From: Candidatus Pelagibacter sp.
GTDB taxonomy: Bacteria; Pseudomonadota; Alphaproteobacteria; Pelagibacterales; Pelagibacteraceae
Length of the DNA: 64,000 bases
NCBI RefSeq assembly: GCF_052049575.1
Contig: NZ_JBNGZQ010000001.1
Location: 40,209 to 104,208, forward strand
Direction: 5' to 3'
The notes below the pieces were generated by a model. The model ran no database searches. It saw nothing but the letters and a program-made list of their open reading frames with translations, and was not told the origin of the DNA. Shown in pieces: positions 21,260 to 31,041 of the stretch (the first letter of the stretch is position 1; each line of letters begins with the position of its first letter). A program made the position numbers and the translations under genes.

Positions 21260-21622
21260 ATGAATTTATATGAACATACAATCATAGCTAGACAAGACGC
21301 TTCTCCATCAGAGATTAAACAATTAACTGAAAAGTATTCAAAAATTGTAGAAAAAAATGACGGTGAGGTAGTTAAAACTGAAAATTGGGGCCTTTTAAAT
21401 TTATCATATTTAATCAAAAAAAATAGAAAAGGAAGTTATATTCATTTTAAAATTAAAGGTGATGGTAAAGTAATCGAACAACTTGAAAAAAATGAGGCTA
21501 TAGATAAAAAATTATTAAGACATTTAACTGTAAAAGTAAAAAAATTTGATCTAAATACAAATTACTTCTCAAAAAATGAAGATACAGAAAAAATTGATAA
21601 AAAAGATAAAACAAAAAATTAG
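21260..21622 (+). CDS. rpsF: 30S ribosomal protein S6
   Basis: [14 protein letters not shown]...LSY.IKKNRKG.Y. Confidence 0.96.
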   Translation: MNLYEHTIIARQDASPSEIKQLTEKYSKIVEKNDGEVVKTENWGLLNLSYLIKKNRKGSYIHFKIKGDGKVIEQLEKNEAIDKKLLRHLTVKVKKFDLNTNYFSKNEDTEKIDKKDKTKN

Positions 21623-21624
21623 CA

Positions 21625-21897
21625 ATGCCTAAAAAACAAAGTGGAAATAAAAGAAATAAACAAAGTAATTTTGCTAAATTAAGTATCTTTCAACCAAATA
21701 GATATAAATTTAAAAAAACTTGCCCACTTTCTGTTAAAGGTGCCCCAAAAGTTGATTATAAAAATATTAAACTCCTTAAAAAATATGTTTCAGAAAATGG
21801 TAAAATTCTGCCAACAAGGATTACAAATGTGTCACAAAAGAAACAGAGAGAGTTATCTTTATCGATTAAAAGAGCAAGAAATTTAGCATTGATATAA
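21625..21897 (+). CDS. rpsR: 30S ribosomal protein S18
   Basis: [38 protein letters not shown]. Confidence 0.97.
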   Translation: MPKKQSGNKRNKQSNFAKLSIFQPNRYKFKKTCPLSVKGAPKVDYKNIKLLKKYVSENGKILPTRITNVSQKKQRELSLSIKRARNLALI

Positions 21898-22355
21898 TGA
21901 AAGTAATATTATTAGAAAACTTAAAAAGAATTGGTTCTATAGGTGAAATAATAGATGTAAAAAGAGGTTTTGCTAGAAACTTTCTAATTGCAAATAAAAA
22001 AGCACTTTATGCTTCAAAAGAAAATATTAAAGAAGTAGAAAAAATAAAAAATGAGCTTTCAAAAAAAGACAACGAAAAAAAACAAGATGCTAAAAAAGTT
22101 GCAGAAAAAGTTAATAAAAAAGAATATAGCGTAAAAAAATTAAGCACTGAGAACAATGAGCTATATGGGTCTGTTAAACCAACAGAAATTTCAAAACTAA
22201 TTTTTGAAGAAAGCAAATTAGATATTAAACCTTCGATGATACAACCTTTAAAAGAGATTAAATCTTTAGGTAAATTCAAGGTAAAGATTTCTTTACACTC
22301 TGAAGTTGATGCTGAAATTATTATTAACGTTACATCTGCAGATTCTATTCAATAA
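21897..22355 (+). CDS. rplI: 50S ribosomal protein L9
   Basis: MKVILLE...G.IG.IIDVKRGFARNFL, LYGSV, IKSLG...V...LHSEV. Confidence 0.97.
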   Translation: MKVILLENLKRIGSIGEIIDVKRGFARNFLIANKKALYASKENIKEVEKIKNELSKKDNEKKQDAKKVAEKVNKKEYSVKKLSTENNELYGSVKPTEISKLIFEESKLDIKPSMIQPLKEIKSLGKFKVKISLHSEVDAEIIINVTSADSIQ

Positions 22356-22421
22356 TTATACAATTTAATCCACAGCTTTATTTTAAATTTTAATTAAAAT
22401 TATTTTCTATAAAATCATTTT

Positions 22422-23840
22422 ATGGAAAATAATTTAAGTATTGTTAAAAATAATTTTAAAGAATTACCAAACAATGTCGAAGCAGAACAAGCAGTAATTG
22501 GTTCTATTTTAGTAACCAACGAAATCTTTGATGATATAAATACTATCGTCTCAAATATAAACTTTTACGATCCTATGCATCAAAAAATTTTTAATGCGAT
22601 TGAAAGTATGATTTACAAAGGTTTACTTGCAAATCCAATAACTTTGAAAAATTATTTTGAAAAAGAAAAAGATGAGATTGATGTCCCTGAGTATCTTGTA
22701 AAAATCACAAAATTTTCTACATCAGCTAGACAGGCTATAGAATACTCAAAGATTATTTATGATATGTTTGTAAGAAGAGAGTTGATTAAAATTTCTGATC
22801 AAATAATTGATGATGCAAAAGAAAATGACTTGAATGTAAGTGGCCAGAACATAATTGAGAACTCAGAAAAGCTTCTCTACGATTTAGCTGAAAAAGGAAC
22901 TTTTAACTCCTCATTGATTAAATTTGATGATGCCATGAAACAAACTATTGAAATGGCCTCAGCTGCATATAAAAATGAAGGTGGTATTGTTGGTGTACCA
23001 ACTGGACTTCGAGATCTTGATGACAAACTTGGGGGACTTCACCAATCAGATTTGATAATAATTGCTGGAAGACCCTCTATGGGTAAGACTTCTCTTGCAA
23101 CAAACATTGCTTTTAATGCGGCACAAAATATTCAAGAGAGTGGTAAAAAATCATCAGTAGCTTTTTTTTCTTTAGAAATGTCATCAGAACAACTTTCAAC
23201 AAGAATTATTTCTGAACAAGCAAGAATTGGCTCTAATGATATTAGACGGGGCAGAATTTCAGATGAACAATTCGATCAATTTTTAGAAACATCAAAGAAT
23301 ATTTCTGAACTTCCTTTGTTTATAGATGAAACTCCAGCGATAAGTATTGCAGCAATGAGTAATAGAGCAAGACGAATTAAAAGATTACACGGTTTAGACT
23401 TAATAGTTGTTGACTACATACAATTGATGAAAGGTTCTTTAAATAATAAAGATGGAAGAGTTCAGGAAATATCTCAAATTACTCAAGGGTTAAAAGCTAT
23501 TGCGAAAGAATTAGGTGTGCCAGTTCTTGCATTATCTCAATTATCAAGGCAAGTTGAGCAAAGAGATGATCATAAACCACAACTATCAGATTTAAGAGAA
23601 TCTGGCTCAATAGAGCAAGATGCAGATGTAGTAATGTTTGTTTACAGAGAAGGCTATTATCTGCAAAGAAAAGAGCCAAGGGAAGCAACAGTGGAACATG
23701 CTGAATGGCAGGCAAAGATGAATGAGGTTGCACATTTGGCTGAAATTATCATTGGGAAACAACGACACGGCCCAATTGGTAAAGTAACTCTAGAGTTTGA
23801 GGAAAGATTTACAAAATTTAAAGATACTCAAAATAATTAA
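22422..23840 (+). CDS. dnaB: Replicative DNA helicase
   Basis: LPNNVEAEQAVIG, IAGRPSMGKT, SLEMS.EQL, VVDYIQLM, LSQLSR.VEQR, SDLRESGSIEQDAD; no intein. Confidence 0.98.
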   Translation: MENNLSIVKNNFKELPNNVEAEQAVIGSILVTNEIFDDINTIVSNINFYDPMHQKIFNAIESMIYKGLLANPITLKNYFEKEKDEIDVPEYLVKITKFSTSARQAIEYSKIIYDMFVRRELIKISDQIIDDAKENDLNVSGQNIIENSEKLLYDLAEKGTFNSSLIKFDDAMKQTIEMASAAYKNEGGIVGVPTGLRDLDDKLGGLHQSDLIIIAGRPSMGKTSLATNIAFNAAQNIQESGKKSSVAFFSLEMSSEQLSTRIISEQARIGSNDIRRGRISDEQFDQFLETSKNISELPLFIDETPAISIAAMSNRARRIKRLHGLDLIVVDYIQLMKGSLNNKDGRVQEISQITQGLKAIAKELGVPVLALSQLSRQVEQRDDHKPQLSDLRESGSIEQDADVVMFVYREGYYLQRKEPREATVEHAEWQAKMNEVAHLAEIIIGKQRHGPIGKVTLEFEERFTKFKDTQNN

Positions 23841-23859
23841 TTTACAATATATTGGATAA

Positions 23860-26244
23860 ATGATTGATCATTTATACCAAAATACAATCTTAAAAAATCC
23901 TAAATCTATCCTAATCATTTTATTAATCGCTTTAATTAGTTTTGGATATTACTCTAAAGATTTTAGGCTTGATGCATCATCTGAAACTCTGTTAATCGAA
24001 GGTGATCCTGATCTTAAATACTTAAAAGAAGTAACAAATAGATATGGTTCAAAGGAATTTCTTGTTTTAACACATACACCTAATGATGGAATGGTGACCG
24101 ACAGTGCTATTAATAATCTCCTTAGTTTAAAATATAAACTCCAAAGTTTAGATTGGGTACATAGTGTTATTACGCTTTTGGATATACCTTTATTAGATAA
24201 TTCTGATGCACCTCTTCAGGAAAGACTTTTAAATTTTAAAACACTTAAAGATGAAGATGTTGATAAAGAGAGAGGCTTTAGAGAAATTTTAGCAAGTCCA
24301 GTTTTTAGAAATTTTGTTATTAGTGAAGATGGCAAGACAAGTGGGATAATCGTAAACATTAAAGAAAATCAAAAATTGGAAGATATTGAAAGTATGTCAG
24401 ATAAGGAAATACAAATATTTAAAGATCAAATAAAAAAAAATAATCATAATAATATCTTAGAAATTAGAGAAGTGATCAAAAGTTACGATGACATAGGAAA
24501 GATTTATTTAGGCGGAATACCAATGATTGCTGATGACATGATGACTTTTATTAAAAGTGATATCATTGTTTTTGGTTTAGGTGTACTTGCATTTATTATT
24601 GTAACCTTATGGTTTGTTTTTAGAAATTTGATTTGGGTATTAGTTCCAATAAGTAGTTGTTTCTTTTCTGTTATAATTATGATGGGTCTTTTAGGCATCA
24701 TCGGCTGGAAAGTCACTGTAATTTCGTCAAACTTTATTGCACTGATGTTAATTTTAACTATGGCTATGAATATTCATATGAGCACAAGATTTATACAATT
24801 AAGAAAGATTTATCCGAACAAAAATAATAGTGAAATAATCTCTTTAACTACAAAAAAAATGTTCTGGCCAATCCTTTATACTGCTTTAACAACTATTATT
24901 GCTTTTTTATCTTTGATTTTTAGTGAAATTAAACCAGTTATAGATTTTGGTTTGATGATGACTTTTGGATTAATAACATCATTTGTTATTACTTTTACCC
25001 TGCTTCCAAGTTTATTAAGTTTTTTAAAAGATAATAGAACTTTTTTAAAAGAGGAAGTTGACTCCAAAATAACTTCTTTTTTAGGAAAAGTTTCTATTAA
25101 TTTTAAAAATCAAGTTTTTATAATAACTGGGATAGTAATTATTTTAAGTATAATTGGAATAAGCAAATTAGAAGTTGAAAATAGTTTTATAAATTACTTT
25201 AGTAAAAAAACAGAAATTTACAAAGGCATGAAATTAATTGATGAAAAATTGGGTGGAACAACACCCCTGGAAGTAATTTTAAAGTTTCCTAAAAAAAATG
25301 AGGAAAAATTAGAGGGCGATGATGATTTTGAAGATTGGGGTGATGAAGAAAAAAATGATGAGAAGTACTGGTTTACAAAAGATAAGATAGAGACGATATC
25401 TAAAATACATAACTATCTTGATAGTCTTCCTGAGATAGGAAAAGTTTTATCCTTTTCATCAATAGTTGATGTTGCAACTCAATTAAATAATAATAAACCT
25501 CTTGGGACTTTAGAGATGGGTGTTTTGTATACCAAAATTCCAGATAATATTAAAACTGAGATAGTTGACCCTTATATTTCAATAAAAGATAACGAAGCTC
25601 GAATAAGTCTAAGAATAATTGACTCTCAAAAAGATCTTAAAAGAAATGATCTAATCAAAAAAATAAACCATGATTTGCAAAATGAATTCGGATTAAACAA
25701 AGATAGATACAAATTAGCTGGAGTGATGATCTTATTTAATAATTTATTACAAAGTTTGTTTAAATCTCAAATTCTTACTCTGGGACTTGTCATGCTGGGT
25801 ATTTTTGGAATGTTTGTTATTTTATTTAAAAACATAAAATTATCTTTAATTGGAGTTGTTCCAAACTTTATTGCAGCATTCTTTATTTTAGGAATAATAG
25901 GTATGCTTGAAATCCCTTTAGATATGATGACTATCACAATTGCTGCTATTACAATTGGTATAGCTGTTGACAACAGCATACACTATATTTACAGATTTAA
26001 AGAGGAGTTCAACAAAATTAATGACTATAAAAAAACGTTAAAAACTTGTCATTCAACAGTTGGTGTTGCAATACTAAATACTTCTATAACAATAGTATTT
26101 GGTTTTTCTATTTTAGTTTTATCTAAATTCATACCTACAATCTATTTTGGAATTTTCACAGGATTAGCGATGTTATTTGCAATGATTTCTGTTTTAACTT
26201 TACTTCCATCCTTAATATTAGTTTTTAAGCCATTTGGAAAATAA
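23860..26244 (+). CDS. MMPL / RND-superfamily membrane transporter
   Basis: Two repeats of (1 TM + large periplasmic domain + 5 TM); GGIPMI, GGTTPLEV, GIAVDNSIHY. Confidence 0.85.
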   Translation: MIDHLYQNTILKNPKSILIILLIALISFGYYSKDFRLDASSETLLIEGDPDLKYLKEVTNRYGSKEFLVLTHTPNDGMVTDSAINNLLSLKYKLQSLDWVHSVITLLDIPLLDNSDAPLQERLLNFKTLKDEDVDKERGFREILASPVFRNFVISEDGKTSGIIVNIKENQKLEDIESMSDKEIQIFKDQIKKNNHNNILEIREVIKSYDDIGKIYLGGIPMIADDMMTFIKSDIIVFGLGVLAFIIVTLWFVFRNLIWVLVPISSCFFSVIIMMGLLGIIGWKVTVISSNFIALMLILTMAMNIHMSTRFIQLRKIYPNKNNSEIISLTTKKMFWPILYTALTTIIAFLSLIFSEIKPVIDFGLMMTFGLITSFVITFTLLPSLLSFLKDNRTFLKEEVDSKITSFLGKVSINFKNQVFIITGIVIILSIIGISKLEVENSFINYFSKKTEIYKGMKLIDEKLGGTTPLEVILKFPKKNEEKLEGDDDFEDWGDEEKNDEKYWFTKDKIETISKIHNYLDSLPEIGKVLSFSSIVDVATQLNNNKPLGTLEMGVLYTKIPDNIKTEIVDPYISIKDNEARISLRIIDSQKDLKRNDLIKKINHDLQNEFGLNKDRYKLAGVMILFNNLLQSLFKSQILTLGLVMLGIFGMFVILFKNIKLSLIGVVPNFIAAFFILGIIGMLEIPLDMMTITIAAITIGIAVDNSIHYIYRFKEEFNKINDYKKTLKTCHSTVGVAILNTSITIVFGFSILVLSKFIPTIYFGIFTGLAMLFAMISVLTLLPSLILVFKPFGK

Positions 26245-26250
26245 GAATAT

Positions 26251-26808
26251 ATGTTTGAAATAACTCTAGAATTTTTTGGAGAAATTTTTAATTTAATTTC
26301 TGCCATTGATTTAATCTATATATTAATAACTATTCTTTCACTAATAAAGTGCTACAGGAAAGGGTTTGTCTTGAGTATACTTTCAATGTCAAAGTGGTTA
26401 TTAGCATATATTGCAACATTGATACTATTTCCAAGATTAAAACCATATGTCAAAAATATTATAGATAGTGAATATGTGCTTGATGTAGGACTTGGAATAA
26501 CAATTTTTGTTATAGTAATTTTTTTAATATTGTTGATTAATAAAGGCATAAGTAGAGCAATCAAATATACTGGTATAGGAAGTTTAGATACTGTTTTTGG
26601 ATTCTTTTTTGGATTTATTCGAGCGTATATAATCTCCATATGTATATTTTCAGGAGTGCATATTGTGTATAATTATGACAAATGGCCAATAAATTTAAAC
26701 AAATCATACACCTTTCCATATCTCGAAAAAGGTAGTAATTACTTATTGAAAGTTTTTCCAAATGAAAAAACATATAAAGAATCTAAAGAAAAAATTGAAG
26801 ATTTATAA
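26251..26808 (+). CDS. cvpA: CvpA (colicin V production) family membrane protein
   Basis: DLI...I..LSLI...RKGFV..ILS and LD..FGFFFGFIRA motifs; directly upstream of purF. Confidence 0.88.
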   Translation: MFEITLEFFGEIFNLISAIDLIYILITILSLIKCYRKGFVLSILSMSKWLLAYIATLILFPRLKPYVKNIIDSEYVLDVGLGITIFVIVIFLILLINKGISRAIKYTGIGSLDTVFGFFFGFIRAYIISICIFSGVHIVYNYDKWPINLNKSYTFPYLEKGSNYLLKVFPNEKTYKESKEKIEDL

Positions 26809-28243
26809 TCCAAAATTGAATGAGGAGTGTGGTGTATTTGGGATTGCCAATGTAAAAGATGCTTCGGCTTTAACCGCTCTTGGGCTACACTCTCTACAAC
26901 ATAGAGGGCAAGAGGGCTGTGGAATAGTAACATTTGATGGAGAAAGATATTACTCGGAGAAAAGATTTGGGTTAGTTGGTGACAACTTTAATAAAGAAAA
27001 AGTCCTAGATAACCTTAAAGGAAATTTTGCAATTGGTCATAATCGATACAGCACAACTGGAAATAATACATTAAGAAACATTCAGCCTTTCTTTGCAGAT
27101 ACCAATGCTGGTGGGATTGGGGTTGCACATAATGGAAACTTAACAAATTCAATTTACTTAAGAAATAAACTTGTTGAAGAGGGAGCAATTTTCTACACAA
27201 CCTCAGACACTGAAACAATTGTTCAACTTATTGCAAAATCAAAAAGATTGAAAACTATTGATAAAATAATAGATGCGATATTTCAAATTCAAGGTGGATA
27301 TGCCCTTGTGATGTTAACTCAAAATTTACTGGTAGGAGTTAGGGATCCTTATGGGATTAGACCTCTAGTTATAGGAAAATTAAAAAATAGTTACGTTCTA
27401 GCATCTGAGACCTGTGCGTTAGATATTATTGGCGCAAAATTTATTAGAGAGGTTGATAATGGTGAAATTGTTTTAATTGAAAATGATAAATTAAAAAGTA
27501 TAAAACCTTTTCCAATTAAAAAAATCAGACCTTGCGTTTTTGAATACATTTATTTTGCAAGACCAGATAGCATTCTTAATGGAAAAACTGCATATGAACA
27601 CCGTAAAAATTTAGGTAAAGAATTGGCAAAAGAAAACGATATAAATGCTGATATTATTGTTCCAGTGCCAGACTCTGGGAACGCTGCAGCTTTGGGTTTT
27701 GCACAGCACTTAAATAAAAATTATGAACATGGATTAATTAGAAATCATTATGTTGGACGAACCTTTATAGAACCAAGTCAAAAAATAAGAAGTTTGGGGG
27801 TTAAACTAAAATTAAATGCAAATCAAACAACAATTGAAAATAAAAAGATTATTCTTGTTGATGATTCTTTGGTGAGAGGTACGACATCTCATAAAATTGT
27901 TAAAATGCTTTACGATGCGGGAGCAAAAGAAGTTCATGTTAGAATTGCTTGTCCTGAAATTAAACACCCAGATTTCTATGGGGTTGATACACCAACGAAA
28001 AAAGAATTGTTAGCTGCAAATAAAAATAATGATGAAATCTGTGAATATATTGGTGCTAAATCATTAAAATTTTTATCTATTCAAGGCATGTATAAAGCTA
28101 TTGGATTTGATAAAAGAAATGAAAATTATCCACAATTAACTGATCATTATTTCACTGGAGATTACCCTGTAAAACCTATAGATGAATTAGGTGACAGTAA
28201 AATAACTCAACTTTCTTTACTGAGCACAGCATCTAATAATTAA
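26795..28243 (+). CDS. purF: Amidophosphoribosyltransferase
   Basis: LNEECGVFG, LQHRGQEG.G, GHNRYST, AHNGNLTN, VPDSG, VDDSLVRGTTS. The ORF track starts at 26762; the in-frame TTG at 26795 gives an 11-aa propeptide and less overlap with cvpA. Confidence 0.97.
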   Translation: MKIYNPKLNEECGVFGIANVKDASALTALGLHSLQHRGQEGCGIVTFDGERYYSEKRFGLVGDNFNKEKVLDNLKGNFAIGHNRYSTTGNNTLRNIQPFFADTNAGGIGVAHNGNLTNSIYLRNKLVEEGAIFYTTSDTETIVQLIAKSKRLKTIDKIIDAIFQIQGGYALVMLTQNLLVGVRDPYGIRPLVIGKLKNSYVLASETCALDIIGAKFIREVDNGEIVLIENDKLKSIKPFPIKKIRPCVFEYIYFARPDSILNGKTAYEHRKNLGKELAKENDINADIIVPVPDSGNAAALGFAQHLNKNYEHGLIRNHYVGRTFIEPSQKIRSLGVKLKLNANQTTIENKKIILVDDSLVRGTTSHKIVKMLYDAGAKEVHVRIACPEIKHPDFYGVDTPTKKELLAANKNNDEICEYIGAKSLKFLSIQGMYKAIGFDKRNENYPQLTDHYFTGDYPVKPIDELGDSKITQLSLLSTASNN

Positions 28244-28246
28244 CTT

Positions 28247-28804
28247 ATGAAAAAAGTAAGTTTTACAGAAATGAAAAATGGAACCAAAGAAGATTATCTC
28301 TTTCTTGATAAACATGAAAAAGATTTTGCAAGTAAAACAGCTGATAGAATTTTAAAATTTATGGCTGGTCTCACTGAAACTTTAGAAGGTTACCAAGTTT
28401 CAAGGCTAGAACATTCGCTTCAAAGCGCATCAAGAGCTTATAGGAATGGAGAAAGTGATGAAATGGTCGTAGCTGCTTTATTGCATGATATTGGTGACGA
28501 GCTAGCCCCAATGAACCATTCAGAATATGCTGCAGCGATACTTAAACCATATGTTTCAGAAAAAACTCATTGGATTGTTGAGAAACATGGTGAGTTTCAG
28601 ATGTATTACTACGCTCACCATTTAGGTGGAAACAAAAATAAAAGAGACGAATATAGAAATCATAAATATTATCAGGACACAGTAGATTTTTGTGAAAAAT
28701 ATGATCAAAACTCATTTGATCCAAATTATAAATCGTTACCACTAGATTTCTTTAAACCCTTTGTAAAAAAAGTTTTTTCAAGAAAACCTTACTCTTCACT
28801 GTAA
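28247..28804 (+). CDS. HD-domain metalloprotein, PhnZ/TmpB/MIOX-like diiron oxygenase or phosphohydrolase
   Basis: RLEHSLQSA, AALLHDIGD, NHSEY, KHGEF and YDQ give the H...HD...H...H...D ligand series. Confidence 0.75.
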   Translation: MKKVSFTEMKNGTKEDYLFLDKHEKDFASKTADRILKFMAGLTETLEGYQVSRLEHSLQSASRAYRNGESDEMVVAALLHDIGDELAPMNHSEYAAAILKPYVSEKTHWIVEKHGEFQMYYYAHHLGGNKNKRDEYRNHKYYQDTVDFCEKYDQNSFDPNYKSLPLDFFKPFVKKVFSRKPYSSL

Positions 28805-28829
28805 AATTTTATAGGCTATATTCTCAAAG

Positions 28830-30125
28830 ATGACTATTTCTAAAGAACAAATAATTAAATACTTTAAATCTGGAATAAAAGAAAAAAAAGATTTCAAGAT
28901 TGGTATTGAACATGAGAAATTTTTATTTGATAGCAAAAACAACAAAAGAATTGATTACTCAAAAGTAAAGGAAATGTTTTCAGCACTTAATGAATTTGGT
29001 TGGAGTCCAATTAAAGAAGGTAAAAATATTGTTGGTTTAAACAAAGGAGGTAAAAACATTACTCTCGAACCAGGTAACCAAATTGAACTATCTGGAGAAA
29101 AACTTAATAATATTCACGAGGCATGCGCTGAGTCTTATGATTATTTGTTTGAACTTAAACAAGTCACAAAAAAACTTAACATAAAGATTGTAAGCACAGG
29201 TTTTGATCCTATTTCAAAGCTTGAAGAAATCCCTAATAATCCCAAACAAAGATACGAACTAATGACTAAAGATATGCCATTAGGAGGAGAATTAAGTCTA
29301 GATATGATGTATAGGACTTGTGGTACTCAATTAAACATTGATTATTCTTCAGAGGAAGATTTTTTTAAAAAATTTAAAATAGTAAATTCAATAGTTCCAA
29401 TCTCAATTGCTTTATTTGCTAATTCTTCAATAGTTGAAAAAAAAAAGAGCAATTACTTATCTTATAGATCCAAAGTATGGCAAAATACTTCGCGTGGAGG
29501 GCTTCCAAAATTATTTTTCGAAAATTTAAATTTTGAAAAATATGCTGATTTTATAATCGATTTCCCAATTTTATTTATACAAGATAAACAAAATTATTTG
29601 TCAGGAAATAAATACACTTTTAAGGATTTTATGAATGGTAAGATAGGTGAAATAAAAAATCGTCTTCCGACTGAGAGTGATTTATCATTACACTTAAGTA
29701 CAATATTTACTGAAAATAGATTGAAAAAATATATTGAATTAAGGTCAATGGATACATGTGGATGGGATTGTCTTTGTGCTGGGCCTGCATTTTTTATTGG
29801 TTTGTTATATGGGAATTTAGAAGAAGTTTATAATTTAATTTCCTTATGGGATAAAGATAAAATAATTAATGCTTATCTAGATGCTCCTCAAAAGGGTTTT
29901 AATACTCAATTGATGGGTAAAGACCTTTTTTACTGGGCTTCAACTTTGCTAGAAATCTCAAGAAAAGGATTGAATAATAGAGATATACTAAATAAAAGCG
30001 GAAAAAATGAAACTTTGTTTTTAAATCATTTGCAAAAAGTTATTGATAATAAAACTACGAATGCAGATCATATGATTGATAAATTTTCTAAAAATGAAGA
30101 TTTAAAAGATTTGTATGACAAATAA
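28830..30125 (+). CDS. gshA: Glutamate--cysteine ligase (alphaproteobacterial/plant type)
   Basis: IGIEHEKF, ITLEPGNQIELSG, MMYRTCGTQLNIDY, ALFANS, IELRSMD. Confidence 0.93.
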   Translation: MTISKEQIIKYFKSGIKEKKDFKIGIEHEKFLFDSKNNKRIDYSKVKEMFSALNEFGWSPIKEGKNIVGLNKGGKNITLEPGNQIELSGEKLNNIHEACAESYDYLFELKQVTKKLNIKIVSTGFDPISKLEEIPNNPKQRYELMTKDMPLGGELSLDMMYRTCGTQLNIDYSSEEDFFKKFKIVNSIVPISIALFANSSIVEKKKSNYLSYRSKVWQNTSRGGLPKLFFENLNFEKYADFIIDFPILFIQDKQNYLSGNKYTFKDFMNGKIGEIKNRLPTESDLSLHLSTIFTENRLKKYIELRSMDTCGWDCLCAGPAFFIGLLYGNLEEVYNLISLWDKDKIINAYLDAPQKGFNTQLMGKDLFYWASTLLEISRKGLNNRDILNKSGKNETLFLNHLQKVIDNKTTNADHMIDKFSKNEDLKDLYDK

Positions 30126-31041
30126 AATTGTTGCTATACAAGGAAATCACCCTTCTAAACTAAATCCAAAAACAGATACAAGTGTTTTTTTAGCCAATGA
30201 AATTCAAAAAAAGAAATATAGAATTTTTTATTATGATCCTAAAGATTTATCTATTGTAGATTCAAAAGTTATAGCAAAAGGTTTTTTTATTAAGTTTAAT
30301 TATAATGATAAAAAATTTTACAAAATCTTAAAAAAACAAAAGTTAAATCTTATCAAATGTAAATATATCTTAATAAGACAGGATCCTCCTTTTAATCTAG
30401 AATATATATCTACAACTTTTATTCTTGAGACAATTAAGGACAAAGTAAAAATTATAAACAATCCCACCTCAATCAGAAATATTTCTGAAAAACTTTATTC
30501 AGTCAAATATCTAAGATTTATGCCTGATACAATTTTTACTCAAAATATTAATGAAATTAAAAATTTTTTTAAAAAGAATAAAAGTGTAATTTTAAAACCT
30601 ATCCACAGCTTTAGTGGAAACGATATTCATTTACTTAATAAATTTAAATTAAACTTTGTAAAAAAATTTATTAAAAAACATGATCATATAATGTGTCAAA
30701 AATATCTACCTAAAATTAGCAAAGGGGATAAGAGAGTATTTTTGATTAATGGAAAAATATGTGGTGTGATTTCTAGAGTACCTAAAAAAGGATCATTTCT
30801 AAGTAATATGAGTAAAGGAGCAGCACCAATAAATATTCAATTAACAAAATTAGAAAAAAGAATATCAAATATAATTGCAAAAGATTTAAAGAAAGAAAAA
30901 ATTTATTTTGCTGGGATCGATTTTATCGATCAAAAACTAAATGGTGATATCAATGTTACATCTCCAACTGGATTAAAAACTTTATTCGATATATCTAAGA
31001 TTAATCTTGCCAAAATTTTTTGGAAAGATTTAAAAGTATGA
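30115..31041 (+). CDS. gshB: Glutathione synthetase
   Basis: RQDPPFN..YI, IINNP.SIRN.SEK, GDKRVFLING, SNM..GA, AGIDFI, INVTSPTG. Confidence 0.95.
   Translation: MTNKIVAIQGNHPSKLNPKTDTSVFLANEIQKKKYRIFYYDPKDLSIVDSKVIAKGFFIKFNYNDKKFYKILKKQKLNLIKCKYILIRQDPPFNLEYISTTFILETIKDKVKIINNPTSIRNISEKLYSVKYLRFMPDTIFTQNINEIKNFFKKNKSVILKPIHSFSGNDIHLLNKFKLNFVKKFIKKHDHIMCQKYLPKISKGDKRVFLINGKICGVISRVPKKGSFLSNMSKGAAPINIQLTKLEKRISNIIAKDLKKEKIYFAGIDFIDQKLNGDINVTSPTGLKTLFDISKINLAKIFWKDLKV

Noticed and set aside
26762-26794. Longer purF start from the ORF track
   Set aside because: It overlaps cvpA by 47 nt and gives an atypical 22-aa leader; TTG 26795 matches the known 11-aa propeptide. Not proven.
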